Source of the DNA: Nitrospirota bacterium
Lineage (GTDB): Bacteria > Nitrospirota > UBA9217
Assembly: GCA_963749655.1 (NCBI GenBank)
Contig: CAVVOB010000014.1
Span: forward strand, 167,452-231,451
Direction: 5' to 3'
Length of the DNA stretch: 64,000 nucleotides
Shown here: piece after piece, positions 1 through 10,556 of the stretch
How the letters are laid out: every line of letters starts with the position of its first letter
How positions within the stretch are numbered: the stretch's first letter is position 1
The notes under the pieces: generated by a model
Told to the model about the DNA's origin: nothing
What the model saw: only the letters and a program-made list of their open reading frames with translations
The model's database searches: none
Position numbers and translations under genes: made by a program

Positions 1-163
1 TGACAGCCGTGTAATCAATGCCCCGGCCGTCGCAGAGGAGCAGTTCGTCGCCGGCCTTCATGCGCAGAACTGCGCCGATGTGCCGCACGTCTTCGCCTGC
101 GATGGTGATGCTCTCGCCCGAAACCTGATCAGGAGATATGAAGAAACGGGGAGGTCTTGACAT
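1..163 (-). CDS. rsmE: 16S rRNA m3U1498 methyltransferase RsmE, 5' part (runs off window edge)
   Basis: Manual translation from ATG at 163: MSRPPRFFISPDQVSGESITIAGEDVRHIGAVLRMKAGDELLLCDG, the typical RsmE N-terminus (RFF, H..VLR..GD). Confidence 0.85.
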   Translation of the reverse strand, partial: MSRPPRFFISPDQVSGESITIAGEDVRHIGAVLRMKAGDELLLCDGRGIDYTAV

Positions 164-172
164 GGCAAAAAT

Positions 173-207
173 CAGTTTTGAGTTTTTAGTTTAAAGTTTC
201 GAGTTGA
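173..207. repeat. 7-mer tandem array (NAGTTTN), single arm
   Basis: cagtttt gagtttt tagttta aagtttc gagttga. Confidence 0.7.
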
Positions 208-330
208 AGTCACAACTCTGAGTTCATAATCCGGAGTGCTGGTTCGAAAATCCGAATCAAGGTTCACCGTACCTGGCTCAAAATCAATGGCCCCGCATGA
301 GAATACGCGCCTTTTCTGCGGTGCTGTCCC

Positions 331-1814
331 TCACGCTTTCGGCTTCGGCTCCCTGGCCCTGTCCTTCCCGCCCCGTCTCCTCCGCCTTTTTCTTCCCGGT
401 TTGAAGCGCTTCTCCTGGCCCTTCTGCACTTCTTTTTCCTCAGCCGGCGCAAGCGGATGGGTCTTGATGAATTCCTTCCACCAGGCGCGCAGCTCCCTGT
501 TTTCGTCCGTGGCCTCGCTCGTGAAACGAAGATACTCATAGGCGTCTTCGAAGCCGGGACGCCTCAGGAAGTAGCGGGGGTGCTTGCCTTCGCGCTTCGC
601 GAACCGGTGCTGGTTCCAGTACATGTCGCGCATCGCAAGCCCGATCTTCTTGGGGATCATTACGCGCCGGGCCTGTTCCGTCATGGCTTCGCTGACCGCC
701 CTGGTCACGGCATCAAGTGCCGCTGTGCCGCCCTTTTCCTGCAGCTCCGTTGCCCTCTCTTCCAGATACTGGCCGTAAAGGAGGCCGAAGAGGATATGAG
801 GCGGAACCGTCCGCCCCGCCTGTATGTAGGTATCCACCCATTCAAGCGCCTTCCCGATCCAGGTGTGCGGGAAGCCGCCGTTCTCCGTGTCCACCCACGC
901 ATTCAGGCCCGGGAAGATCACGCCGAAGAGCCCGGTCTTCCTGAGCAGCTGGTAGGTCTTCTCGCCTTCTCCGAGCAGAAAGAGCTTGAGCACCTCTTCG
1001 TACATCCGCGCCGGAGAGGCAAGGGCCACCTTGTCCTTCAATTCCAGCATCGCATGCCACGTATCTTTTTCGATCTCGAACCCGAGCATGGCGGCAAAAC
1101 GCACGGCGCGGACCATCCTGACCGGGTCCTCGGTGAACCTGACGACGGGATCGCCGATGGTGCGGATGAGGCCCTTCCGGAGGTCTTCCATGCCGCCCAC
1201 GTAGTCAATGACCGAAAAGTCCGCGATGCTGTAGAAAAGGGCGTTGACGGTGAAATCGCGACGCAGGGCGTCCTCTTCGGGCGTGCCGAAAACGTTGTCG
1301 CTCAGGATCATGCCCTCTTCGGTCTTGAGCATGCGCGGCAAACGGGGCCGCCCCTTGGCTGATAGGGGGGAGATGCCGGTGCCTCTTCCCCGCCTGCAGA
1401 GGGCGCAGAAGGATCCGCGATGTCTACGACCAAAGGTTCGGCCGGCGTTGGTGCGGGCTGCTGCTCCGGCGGGGCCGCTTCCGCAACTTCCGGCGCCTCC
1501 GGCGCATTGGACCGGAACGTGGCGACTTCGATGATCTCGTTGTCGAAATGAATGTGGGCCAGGCGGAACCGCCTGCCGATGAGGCGGCAGTTGCGGAAGA
1601 TCTTCTTGATCTCGTTGGGCTTCGCATCCGTGGCGATGTCGAAATCCTTGGGTTCCCGGCCGAGCAGAAGGTCGCGTACGCCGCCGCCTACAAGGTAGGC
1701 ATAGTGGCCCTTCTCTTTCAGCCGGTAGAGGACGCGCACTGCATTGGGGCTGATCCACTTGCGGGAAATGCTGTGCTCGGAACGGGAAATGATCGTGGGC
1801 TGTATCGGTGTCAC
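331..1814 (-). CDS. pcnB: Poly(A) polymerase I (frame break near 1350-1370)
   Basis: ORF 1308..1814 has [14 protein letters not shown] and the PAP signature [11 protein letters not shown]; frame 331..1965 continues with [18 protein letters not shown] and a basic C-terminal tail. Confidence 0.9.
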
Positions 1815-1937
1815 GGGATGATATTAACACATCTTGAAAGGAAAGGCAAAGAGACAGCATTTTTCGCGCAGGGACGCAGAGGCGCGGGAAAAACCGTCCA
1901 TCGATGGACACCAGTTGACCGTACTTCTTTTTCTTTT

Positions 1938-2004
1938 GCCGGTTCAGGCTTGTAGCCTGAACCATGGATTAAGGTTTTGGTTCAATCTGCAAGATTGAAC
2001 CAGC
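1938..2004. repeat. REP-like palindrome doublet, copy 1
   Basis: ggttcaggc-ttgta-gcctgaacc followed by ggttcaatct-gca-agattgaacc; related copy at 54186..54250. Confidence 0.65.
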
Positions 2005-2087
2005 GCGAACTGCAAAAGATCTCGCCCTTCGGCCGAGATGACGGTGTTCTTATATTGGTACCCGGCAACCTACCTTCACCGGTTTTT

Positions 2088-2141
2088 CATTCCGCACTCC
2101 GCACTCCACGTTCCGCATTTGGGGTACTCCGCATTCCGCAT
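2088..2141. repeat. 7-mer tandem array (TCCGCAY)
   Basis: cat tccgcac tccgcac tccacgt tccgcat ... tccgcat tccgca; same unit at 13371, 28910 and 29460. Confidence 0.75.
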
Positions 2142-3761
2142 TTAGAACAGCCCCATCTGCTTGTCCGGCCCCTTTTGCTTCTTTATTTTATCTGGGGCCA
2201 TAATTTCAGAGAAAAGGCCTTCCGGGATCTCGCGCAGAAAGGGCGAGGGGGCAGGCGCAAGGCGCTGTCCGTAGAGGAAGCGGCTGCGGCCGTGAACAAG
2301 GAGCAGTTCGTCCCTGGCCCGGGTCATGCCCACATAGAACAGACGCCGCTCCTCTTCGACGTCAATGTCGTCCTGCATGATGGTGCAGGGAAGGAGGCCC
2401 TCTTCCACGCCGGCTATGAACACAACGGGAAACTCCAGCCCCTTGGCCATATGGAGCGTCATGAGCGTGACCGCGTCGGCGCGGGGGTCGAAGATGTCCG
2501 CGGGCGAAAGAAGCCTGTCTTCAGGTGAGCCCGAAGGCGGCGGTTCAGGCATCTCCCCCTCGCCGGAGAGGAATGACCGGAGATAGGCCATCGTTTCCTC
2601 TAGCTCCTTTGCCTGGACGCTGCTCCTGCGGCCGATGACCTGATAAGGAATGCCGGAGGCGCTGAAAGCGTCCTCCAGGACTTTTGCCTGTCCATTGGTC
2701 CTGAAGATGACGGCAAAATCGCCGAAGCGGCTGGCGGCAAGGCCGGTATCGGGCCCCTTTCTGCTCTGTCTCATCTGATGATGGCTCGTTCCGCCCATGC
2801 GCGCCTCGATCTCGCTCACGACCGCCGCGGCCTCGGCCCGTTCGTCCTGCACGGAGAGGATCGTTATCGCTGCGCCGCGGCCTCGCACGGGAACAAGTTC
2901 CTTTTCGATGCGCCGACTGTTGTTCCTGATCACTCCGTCCGCAGCCCGGAGGATCGTGTCGACTGAGCGGTAGTTCTCCGTCAGCGTGATCCGCGCGGCG
3001 TTCGGAAAATCATGTTCGAAATTCAGAAAATTTCCGAGGTCCGCCCCCCGGAAGGCATAGATTGCCTGGTCGGAATCGCCGACAGCGCAGACATTGGACG
3101 ATCGATGGGAAAGCTTCCGGAGGAGCCGGTACTGCGCGGGGTTGATGTCCTGGTACTCGTCGATGATGATATGGGAGAACCGGTCCCGGTAGGACTGCGC
3201 AAGGTCGTCGTTCTCAAGGACGGAAACGGGTATGGTGATGAGATCGTCGAAATCGAGGGCGTTCCGCTGCCGCAGCGCGGACTGATAGGAGTCGTAAAGG
3301 GGAGTCAGTTCTTCATCAAGCCGGTCCTGAAAATTCTTTATCCTCGAGATCCGCTCGGCCGTGTTCTTCCCGTCCCTGGCCGAACCCTTCATCAGGGACC
3401 GCAGCAGCGCGATCTGTTCTTCGCGGGAATAGATGACCGGATCGTGCAGGTGATGCTGTCTGATGATCGAAAGGCCGAAGAGATGGAAGGTCCCGATGAA
3501 GACCGCGGCTGCATCCCTGTTGAGCAGGGCCGTGGTACGCTCCCGCATTTCCCGCGCCGCGCGGTTCGTAAAGGTCACGGCAAGGATGCTCTCGGGCCGC
3601 ACGCCCCGGTGGATAAGCCAGGCGATCCTCCGGACGATGGTAAGCGTCTTGCCCGTGCCCGGGCCGGCGACGACCAGCAGGGGTCCGTCAGTGGTCGTGA
3701 CGGCGAGCTTCTGTCGATCGTTCAGACCGTCGAGTATGGAAGAGGCGTCGTTGCTCATCAC
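2142..3761 (-). CDS. UvrD/PcrA-family SF1 helicase, compact form
   Basis: AGPGTGKT, TFTNRAA, DEYQD, GDSDQAIYAFRGA, ENYRS, TLHMAKGLEF and YVGMTRA motifs; C-terminal QMGLF. Confidence 0.9.
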   Translation of the reverse strand: MMSNDASSILDGLNDRQKLAVTTTDGPLLVVAGPGTGKTLTIVRRIAWLIHRGVRPESILAVTFTNRAAREMRERTTALLNRDAAAVFIGTFHLFGLSIIRQHHLHDPVIYSREEQIALLRSLMKGSARDGKNTAERISRIKNFQDRLDEELTPLYDSYQSALRQRNALDFDDLITIPVSVLENDDLAQSYRDRFSHIIIDEYQDINPAQYRLLRKLSHRSSNVCAVGDSDQAIYAFRGADLGNFLNFEHDFPNAARITLTENYRSVDTILRAADGVIRNNSRRIEKELVPVRGRGAAITILSVQDERAEAAAVVSEIEARMGGTSHHQMRQSRKGPDTGLAASRFGDFAVIFRTNGQAKVLEDAFSASGIPYQVIGRRSSVQAKELEETMAYLRSFLSGEGEMPEPPPSGSPEDRLLSPADIFDPRADAVTLMTLHMAKGLEFPVVFIAGVEEGLLPCTIMQDDIDVEEERRLFYVGMTRARDELLLVHGRSRFLYGQRLAPAPSPFLREIPEGLFSEIMAPDKIKKQKGPDKQMGLF

Positions 3762-4298
3762 TGCCTGCGGCCGTCGTCGATCACGAGTTTGTAAGTCGTG
3801 AAGCTCTCTCTGCTGTAAATCCCCGGCATGGCGTGGTCCCCGGGGGCAAAGTTAAAATTGACGTCCTTGACCCCGGGATGCTCAGTCAGTGTGTAGGTCA
3901 CCTCTGCGAGGTAATCCTGGGCGCCCGATGAACCCATGGTCCGGGTCAGGTACCGGTCGTTCAGGATTTCTATGCTTGCCGTGTGCCCTTCGATCTTCTG
4001 CAGGATGACCCTCGGGAACTCCGCTTTCATCCCGTCCCCATGCGGGTGGAGGACTTCCTCATCCTCGACGGCTTTGTTCAGGGCGATGATCAGCTTGTTC
4101 ACGTCTTTTTTGACGTCATCCACGTGTCTGCCGCGGACCAGCAGATCCGCGCCGTCCTCAGGGCCGCTCTCTGTATGCCAGACGTAGTTGCTGTTGTAGA
4201 CGATCGTTTCATTGGTCTTGAAAAAGGTGTACGACCGCGAAGAACGCGACGATAAAAGCCGCGCCGAGCATCAATGCAACGATGATTTTCTTGGCCAT
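3758..4298 (-). CDS. Membrane-anchored hypothetical protein, GerMN-like C-terminus (frame break near 4210-4235)
   Basis: ATG 4298 gives hydrophobic MAKKIIVALMLGAAFIV; the frame of ORF 3758..4123 extends upstream as IVYNSNYVWH; GSSGA..YL..V.YTLTE..GV..V.F pattern. Confidence 0.55.
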
Positions 4299-4313
4299 GA
4301 AAACCTCGGAAAT

Positions 4314-4346
4314 CAGTTTAAGTTTTGAGTTTTTGTTTTTAGTTTT
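4314..4346. repeat. 7-mer tandem array (NAGTTTT), single arm
   Basis: cagttta agtttt gagtttt tgttttt agtttt. Confidence 0.6.
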
Positions 4347-4383
4347 CTGCCGCGAACAGAACAAAGCAACAGCGAAGCTGTTT

Positions 4384-5656
4384 CTACAGCAGCTTCATCT
4401 GCCCCTTGATCTCCTTGCGCTCCACGTCCTCGAAGATTCTGACCTTGCCGAACTCGCCGTCGTAGCCCGGCGCGATATGGACGCTGCCGCTCCGCATGCG
4501 CGCGATCGCCTCGCGGAGCAGACGGGGTCCCGGCCCGTTCGATGTCGTCGAGGGGAGCATCCATGAGGATGCCGAATTCATTCCCGAGTTTTTCCAGGAG
4601 TGCATGGTACTGGGCCTGCACCTTCTTGGTATTCACTCCGCATTTCAGCCCCTCGGCAATGATCTCCGGAAGGGGAATGATGGAGGTGAACGGCGGCGCC
4701 CCCTCGGGTCTGAACCCCAACTCCCGGTCAGCGAGCTTCTCCACGCGATGCATCACGCCCACGGTCACTTTCCGGGAGCAGACCGGGCACAGGTAGTCGT
4801 AGTGGATGGTCTCCCCGGGCGCCAGGCTCACGCCGCAGTCCCGGTGTCCGTCGTAGTGGTACTTCCCTTCCTCGGGGAAGAACTCGATGGTCCCGGCAAA
4901 TCCCTTCTTCGTTTTGATGGCCGCAACAAGGGACGGATAGGCGATGTCCGTGTTCAGGATGTTCGCTTCGCGGCCGATCTTGGCTGCCGAGTGCGCGTCG
5001 GAGTTCGAAACGAGCGTGAGGCGGTCCAGGGCCGAAAGGCGCCAGTTCATAGGCGGATCGGACGACAGGCCGGTCTCGATAGCATGGATGTGCGGGGTCA
5101 GGTCCTCGAAGCATTCCTCGAGGTGGTCGAATCCCGAGGCCGCGCCGAAGACCGAGAAATGCGGCGTCCAGGCGTGGGCCGGGATGAAGAGGGCGTCAGG
5201 GGCCGAATCGAGCGTGATCCTGAGCAGCTCCTTTGCGTCCAGTCCGAGGATCGGTCTGCCGTCGGAGTGGAGGTTGCCGATCCTGGCGAGCGCGAGATTC
5301 AGGCGCGCGGCGCTCGCGAAGTCCGGGACGAGGATGACGGAATGGATCTTGCGGGTCCTGCCGTTCTTGCTGTAGATGCAGCTGATCTCGGCCGAGAGGA
5401 TGAATGATACTTCGGACCGGCAGGCTGCAGGCACGCCGTCGGCGTGAAAATTATTTTTGAGCGCGAACAGACCGTTGCCGAGCGGCTCGAGCTTGCTGTC
5501 CAGCTCCTTGAGCCATTCGGGATGGGTAAAATCTCCGGTGCCGATGACCCGTACGCCTTTGAGCTGCGCCCATTTCCAGATGCCTTCGGGGCACATGTCG
5601 CTGCTCGTCGCGCGCGAATAGTGGGAGTGGACATGGAGGTCGGCGATGAATTTCAT
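4384..5656 (-). CDS. Endonuclease Q family PHP-domain protein (frame break near 4530)
   Basis: ADLHVHSHYSRATS, GTGDFTHP, PAHAWTP, ETGLSSD, SNSDAHS, GKYHYDGHR, CPVC; the C-terminus PGYDGEFG...QMKLL lies in ORF 4384..4605. Confidence 0.88.
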
Positions 5657-5748
5657 GGCCGATTATACCATGAAGATTATTTTTTTAACATGGATTTGAG
5701 CGGGCAACTGATGACGGATTCACGGAACAGACATTGAATAATATTTTT

Positions 5749-5834
5749 ACCGCAGAATTCGCAGATGGACGCAGAAAAAACAAATTCGTTCGCAAACGGT
5801 TGTCCCCTTCTGCATATTCTGCATCTTCTGCGGT
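5749..5834. repeat. Inverted-repeat element of 9-mer units
   Basis: accgcagaa ttcgcagat ggacgcagaa ... ttctgcata ttctgcatc ttctgcggt. Confidence 0.75.
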
Positions 5835-5862
5835 CAGAAGGTTCTAAAGTTTGTGACATTTT

Positions 5863-5948
5863 ACCGCGAAGACGCAAGGGACGCGAGGAAATCCGTGTCA
5901 GACTGAAGAATCTATTGATTTCCTAGCGACCTTCGCGCCCCTCGCGGT
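5863..5948. repeat. Inverted-repeat element of 9-mer units
   Basis: accgcgaag acgcaaggg acgcgagga ... tcctagcga ccttcgcgc ccctcgcggt. Confidence 0.75.
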
Positions 5949-5973
5949 TCGATCTTTTTGATTGCTCCGTGAC

Positions 5974-6004
5974 AAAAAAAACGGCTCCCCTTTCAGGGAG
6001 CCGT
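5974..6004 (-). terminator. Rho-independent terminator of yeeE
   Basis: 9-bp stem acggctccc/gggagccgt followed on the minus strand by a T run. Confidence 0.8.
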
Positions 6005-6033
6005 CCGTGATTCGTCTGATGCGCTGCTGCTGA

Positions 6034-7146
6034 TTAGTCCTGCATGGGCTTGATGAGCTTGAAGTACACCATCGTCCAGTTGCCGAGGATGATGGAGACG
6101 ATGGCCACGAGGCTCGAGATCGCCATGGTGGACATGCCGGTTACGCCGTGGCCGAGGTTGCAGCCGCCGGCGATGACCGCACCGATGCCCATCAGGATGC
6201 TGCCGAAGAACACCGTCAGGAACTCGGCTGCCGGCGGAATCTTCCACTTGAATTCCTTGAGGGCCAGCGCGCTCAGCCATGCGCCGAAGGGAACGGACAG
6301 GATGAAGAACATGCCCCACGATCCGCGGAAGATGCCGAGGAAGCTGAACTCGGGGTAGCTCGAATGCGTGCTCTTGGTGAGGAGAACGCTGAAGAGCTCC
6401 CGGATCGGGCCGCTCACGGCCATGCCGCGGGGATAGCCGCCGAAGTAGGAGGAAACCCACCAGGCAACGATGGTCAGAACGCCGATCAGAACGCCCGTCG
6501 TCCCCCAGGCAAAGCCCTTTGATCTTGCTTTAAACTCCGGCTTGCCCGCGATCACGAAAGCCAGGACCGCGATGCAGAAGACCGCGATCGTGATCCATTT
6601 CGCCGTCATGCCGCCGCCGAAGAGGTCCCAGAGCGCCGGGCCGCCCGACCCGTTGATCTCGACCTTGAAGCTCTTGAGGTAATTGTTCACCGGGCTCAGC
6701 AGTCCGTCGGCCGTCATCACCGCGCCGAAGAAGAAGCCGAGGATCGCGATGAGGGCCGACAGCTGGCCTTCACCGATGCGGTAGACGATGCCGCTTGCGC
6801 ACCCGCCTGCCAGAACGATGCCGAGGCCGAAAAGGAATCCGCCGAGGACGTTCGCGACCGGCACAAAGCTCTGGCGCATGAGGTTCGTCGCCTCCAGGGC
6901 GCCGGTATCGGTGTTGATCACCTGGAGAAGCCCGAAGTCCTCCATCAGGTTGGACCCGAGGATCGCAACAACGAGGGCCAGCAGATAGGCCCGGAAAAGC
7001 GTGTAGTCCTTCATGAAGATGATATCGCGGAACGCGGAATTCAGGCAGAAGCGCCCTTTCTGCAGAATGTAGCCGAGTGCGAGACCCATCAGGATCGCGG
7101 TCCCAAAAGATACAATGCTGCTATGCAACATAATCTTCCCCTCCAC
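6034..7146 (-). CDS. yeeE: YeeE/YedE (TsuA-like) thiosulfate/sulfur-compound transporter
   Basis: Multi-TM protein with GRFC, LAGGCASG and IAGGCNLGHG Cys motifs. Confidence 0.88.
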   Translation of the reverse strand: MEGKIMLHSSIVSFGTAILMGLALGYILQKGRFCLNSAFRDIIFMKDYTLFRAYLLALVVAILGSNLMEDFGLLQVINTDTGALEATNLMRQSFVPVANVLGGFLFGLGIVLAGGCASGIVYRIGEGQLSALIAILGFFFGAVMTADGLLSPVNNYLKSFKVEINGSGGPALWDLFGGGMTAKWITIAVFCIAVLAFVIAGKPEFKARSKGFAWGTTGVLIGVLTIVAWWVSSYFGGYPRGMAVSGPIRELFSVLLTKSTHSSYPEFSFLGIFRGSWGMFFILSVPFGAWLSALALKEFKWKIPPAAEFLTVFFGSILMGIGAVIAGGCNLGHGVTGMSTMAISSLVAIVSIILGNWTMVYFKLIKPMQD

Positions 7147-7580
7147 CCATTAATTAGTATAGTTATATAGATTTCTTTTCCCCCTGCCCTTGCAACAGGC
7201 AGGGTGTTCCGCACCGCCCCCTCCTATGGAGAGCTGATGCACACGGGCCCCGGTGAACTGCTCTTCCGGGACCGTGTTTCTATTGACGGACGGCGCCGAA
7301 AAATCAAGGCCGACAGACGGTCATCGCGTCAACAACCCCTTGTGAAGACTTTTTCTCTTCCCCCCTCCTTTTCCGGAATTTGGTCCCTATCAATCATGAA
7401 GCCCCTCCCCAGGGGCTCTAAATCCTTAACAGGTTGCTTATCTTTATAAATTGCTAAACTATATTACACTAAACACGAAAAAAAGTGAAGGGTCTCGTCG
7501 CACTGATTTCTGACGAGATCCTTCACTCTGGGTGGACTGAAAAAACAGGGTTTTTTTACGCTGCCCATGCGCAAGCAGGT

Positions 7581-8105
7581 CTAGCTGCTTCCCTTAAGGT
7601 TGACCGCTGCAGCGGCGGACCAGGCATACTTCTCCGCTTCCGTCGGGTTCTTCGCAACGAGCACCGGCACCGGCGCGTTCTTTTCCATGTCGCTGCTCAC
7701 GGAGCCGGAGATGAGGCGCTGCATGAGGGTCTTGCCGTTGTAGCCGGTGATGATGAGGTCCGCGCTCTCCTCCTGGGCGACCTTCGCGATCTCCTCGGAA
7801 GGCACGCCGTCACGGACGACGGTCTTCACATTGACCAGCCCGCCGTTGTCCAGCTCTTTTTTGTAGAAATTAAGGATCTTCTGAGAACGCTGATCGAGCG
7901 CTTCCTTGTACTCGGTGCCTTTCAGGGACTCACGCAGCGTGTTCCGCTCAGCATCGCCGAGCATATCGATCATCATGGACTTGCCTTCGAGCTGCTGCAC
8001 ATGGACGAGAACCACCGTCTCCGGCGGGCGGACCATGTTGCGAAATACCGACAATACCGCCTTGGAACCCTCTGTTTCATCTACCGCGATCAAAACCTTC
8101 TTCAT
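7581..8105 (-). CDS. Universal stress protein (UspA domain)
   Basis: KKVLIAVD, G.P.EEI.KVA, ADLIITG, GSVS..PVPVLV. Confidence 0.88.
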   Translation of the reverse strand: MKKVLIAVDETEGSKAVLSVFRNMVRPPETVVLVHVQQLEGKSMMIDMLGDAERNTLRESLKGTEYKEALDQRSQKILNFYKKELDNGGLVNVKTVVRDGVPSEEIAKVAQEESADLIITGYNGKTLMQRLISGSVSSDMEKNAPVPVLVAKNPTEAEKYAWSAAAAVNLKGSS

Positions 8106-8153
8106 TGTGAACCTCCCTTTTTTGTTTTCTTTTATTTTCTTCGAATGTTAAAA

Positions 8154-8738
8154 TTAATGAACCAGCATGCCCCTCTGGAGAATGAATCCGAGAAGGAACA
8201 GCGCTACCATGATTGCCGTGGTTACCGACACTGCTGCATAGGCATCCTTCTTGGTGTACGGCTCTTCGCACATAAGCGGCCTCTTTGCAACGAGGACCGG
8301 GACTTTTGCCCTGGCCTCTACGTCCCGGGCGACCTTGCCGGTGATGAACCGGTCGAAACCGCGCCTTCCGCTCTGGCCGAGAATGACCATCTCAGCGCCT
8401 TCCTCCTCCGCAACCTTGAGGATTTCCTCGGCAGGGATGCCGTCCCGGGTCAGGGTCTTGAGTGTGGACTTCCCGTCGAGAGTCAGTTCCTTGGAATAGA
8501 ACCCGAGGATCTTCTGCGACCGGCTGTCCAGGGCTTCCTTATGATCGGTTCCGGACAGCATGTCCTTCAGGGTCGAGAGCTCCGCATCGCCGAGCATGTC
8601 GATCATCATAGACCTGCCCTCAAGCCTCTCGACGTGGAGCAGAACGATTTCCGCCGGCTGATGAACGAAGTTATGAAATACCGACAGCACGTTCTTGGAA
8701 CCCTTTGTGTCGTCAACCGCAATCAGGATCTTTTTCAT
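8154..8738 (-). CDS. Universal stress protein with C-terminal transmembrane helix
   Basis: Close paralogue of 7581..8105; ATG 8738 preceded by GGAGG; hydrophobic tail AAVSVTTAIMVALFLLGFIL. Confidence 0.85.
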   Translation of the reverse strand: MKKILIAVDDTKGSKNVLSVFHNFVHQPAEIVLLHVERLEGRSMMIDMLGDAELSTLKDMLSGTDHKEALDSRSQKILGFYSKELTLDGKSTLKTLTRDGIPAEEILKVAEEEGAEMVILGQSGRRGFDRFITGKVARDVEARAKVPVLVAKRPLMCEEPYTKKDAYAAVSVTTAIMVALFLLGFILQRGMLVH

Positions 8739-8800
8739 GATTCCTCCGAAACAGGTGAGATAGTAATTTATGTGTTCATGTGTTATACTTCCTCTACTAA

Positions 8801-8817
8801 AGCAATCGCTATGCCAA
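8801..8817 (-). promoter_or_regulatory. sigma54 -24/-12 promoter for the usp pair
   Basis: Minus strand TTGGCATAGCGATTGCT matches TGGCAC-N5-TTGCW; lies next to a divergent sigma54 activator gene. Confidence 0.8.
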
Positions 8818-8981
8818 ATCACAGGCAGCTTATTTTCCTTTATTTTCATCATATTACTACTCATTATAATTTCGTGTTGACAATTATATGTTAAAATGAT
8901 AATTAACGTTAAGGGTGTTCACTTAACAATTAACACCATGCTAACTAACACGTTTCACAATTCAACGCAAAAGGAAACGCC

Positions 8982-10325
8982 ATGATCGATGAATTTTGCA
9001 AGGATCCGAACTTTCTGATCAACGTGTTCGAAACCATGCGTGATGGCCTGATGATCGTGGACAAGGACGGCAATATCCTTTTCTTCAACCGGGCGGCCGA
9101 GGAGATCACCGGGTACAGCAAGCAAGACGTGGTCGGGAAACAGTGCACCATTCTCGACAGCGACACCTGCGTTGTTTTGACCGAGGAGGGAAAACAGAAG
9201 AACTGCGCCATCTTCAAAACGGGCTCGATCGAGAACAAAAAATGCCGGATACGCGCAAGCGACGGCCGGGCCGTCTACCTCCTGAAGAACGCAACGATCC
9301 TGAAGGACGAAAAAGGAGAGATGATCGGCGTGGTGGAGTCCCTGACGGACATCACCTCGCTCTATATGAAGGAAATGGAGCTCGAGGAGCTCAAGCAGGA
9401 GCTGCGGCAGGAATACTGGTTCATGGGACTCCTGGGAAAGAGCGGCCCGATGCAGAAGCTCTTCGAGCAGATCCGAAACGCTGCCGTGAGCGAAGCGCCG
9501 GTCCTGATCTGCGGCGAGAGCGGCACGGGGAAAAACCTTGTTGCCCAGGCAATCCATTCGCTCAGCAGACGCAAGGAGGGCCCCTTTGTCGCGCTGAACT
9601 GCGGGTCGCTGAACGACTACCTGCTCGAAAGCGAGCTCTTCGGCCACAAGAAAGGGTCCTTTACCGGCGCGGTGAGCGACCGGATGGGCAGATTCGAGGC
9701 TGCCAACAACGGGAGCATCTTCCTCGATGAAATCGGCGACATGCCGAAGGTCATGCAGGTGAAGCTGCTGCGGGTGCTGGAGGAAAAGGTCTTGGAACGC
9801 GTCGGCGACCACCGGCCGGTGAGCGTCAATGTCAGGCTGATCTCGGCAACAAACAAGGACCTGAACGCCCTGGTCAATTCGGACTTTTTCCGGGAAGACC
9901 TGCTCTACCGCATCAATTCCATCCTGATCAAGGTCCCCCCCCTCAGGGCGCGGACCGAGGACATTCCGGTAATCACTTCGCACTACCTGAAAAAGATCTC
10001 CCACATCAACAGCAAGGACATCAGGCGAATAAGCCCCGATGCCCTCGATGTCATCGTCAACTACAGCTGGCCCGGCAATGTGCGGCAGCTCATCAATGCC
10101 CTGGAGCACAGCGCGATCACCTGCCGCGGAGACGCGATCGAACTGACCGACCTGCCCGATTATGTGTTCGATAAAAAGGCCGAGGAAAAGGAACAGGACA
10201 TGGACCGGCAGAAATTGGAGACAGCGCTTTCCATGAACAAGGGCAACCGCACCCTGACGGCAAAACAACTGGGCATCAGCAGGGTCACGCTCTGGAAACG
10301 ACTGAAGGAACACGGAATCGAGTAA
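8982..10325 (+). CDS. PAS-domain sigma54-dependent transcriptional activator
   Basis: PAS N-terminus, GESGTGK, ESELFGH, GSFTGA, FLDEIGD, WPGNVRQL, Fis-type HTH. Confidence 0.92.
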   Translation: MIDEFCKDPNFLINVFETMRDGLMIVDKDGNILFFNRAAEEITGYSKQDVVGKQCTILDSDTCVVLTEEGKQKNCAIFKTGSIENKKCRIRASDGRAVYLLKNATILKDEKGEMIGVVESLTDITSLYMKEMELEELKQELRQEYWFMGLLGKSGPMQKLFEQIRNAAVSEAPVLICGESGTGKNLVAQAIHSLSRRKEGPFVALNCGSLNDYLLESELFGHKKGSFTGAVSDRMGRFEAANNGSIFLDEIGDMPKVMQVKLLRVLEEKVLERVGDHRPVSVNVRLISATNKDLNALVNSDFFREDLLYRINSILIKVPPLRARTEDIPVITSHYLKKISHINSKDIRRISPDALDVIVNYSWPGNVRQLINALEHSAITCRGDAIELTDLPDYVFDKKAEEKEQDMDRQKLETALSMNKGNRTLTAKQLGISRVTLWKRLKEHGIE

Positions 10326-10556
10326 TCCCGCATCCGGCTGTCGTCCGCCTGCCTGAACGATCTTTTCGCAGCCACCGACTTTCCGCAATAATCTACCGCC
10401 GCTGTGCACGCTTCAGGGTTGCCGCGACCCTTCACAATTTTTCAGGGGGAAAACGTTCAGTCCCCCGGTTCCGACACCTCATTGAAAACGCAATAACACT
10501 ATCCGTTCCGAAAGGAGGTCCGCAAACCGGAATCGTTCACAAACAGGATCCGTTAT

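Noticed and set aside
6034-7146. YeeE as a selenoprotein
   Set aside because: All motif positions are ordinary Cys codons and there is no in-frame TGA
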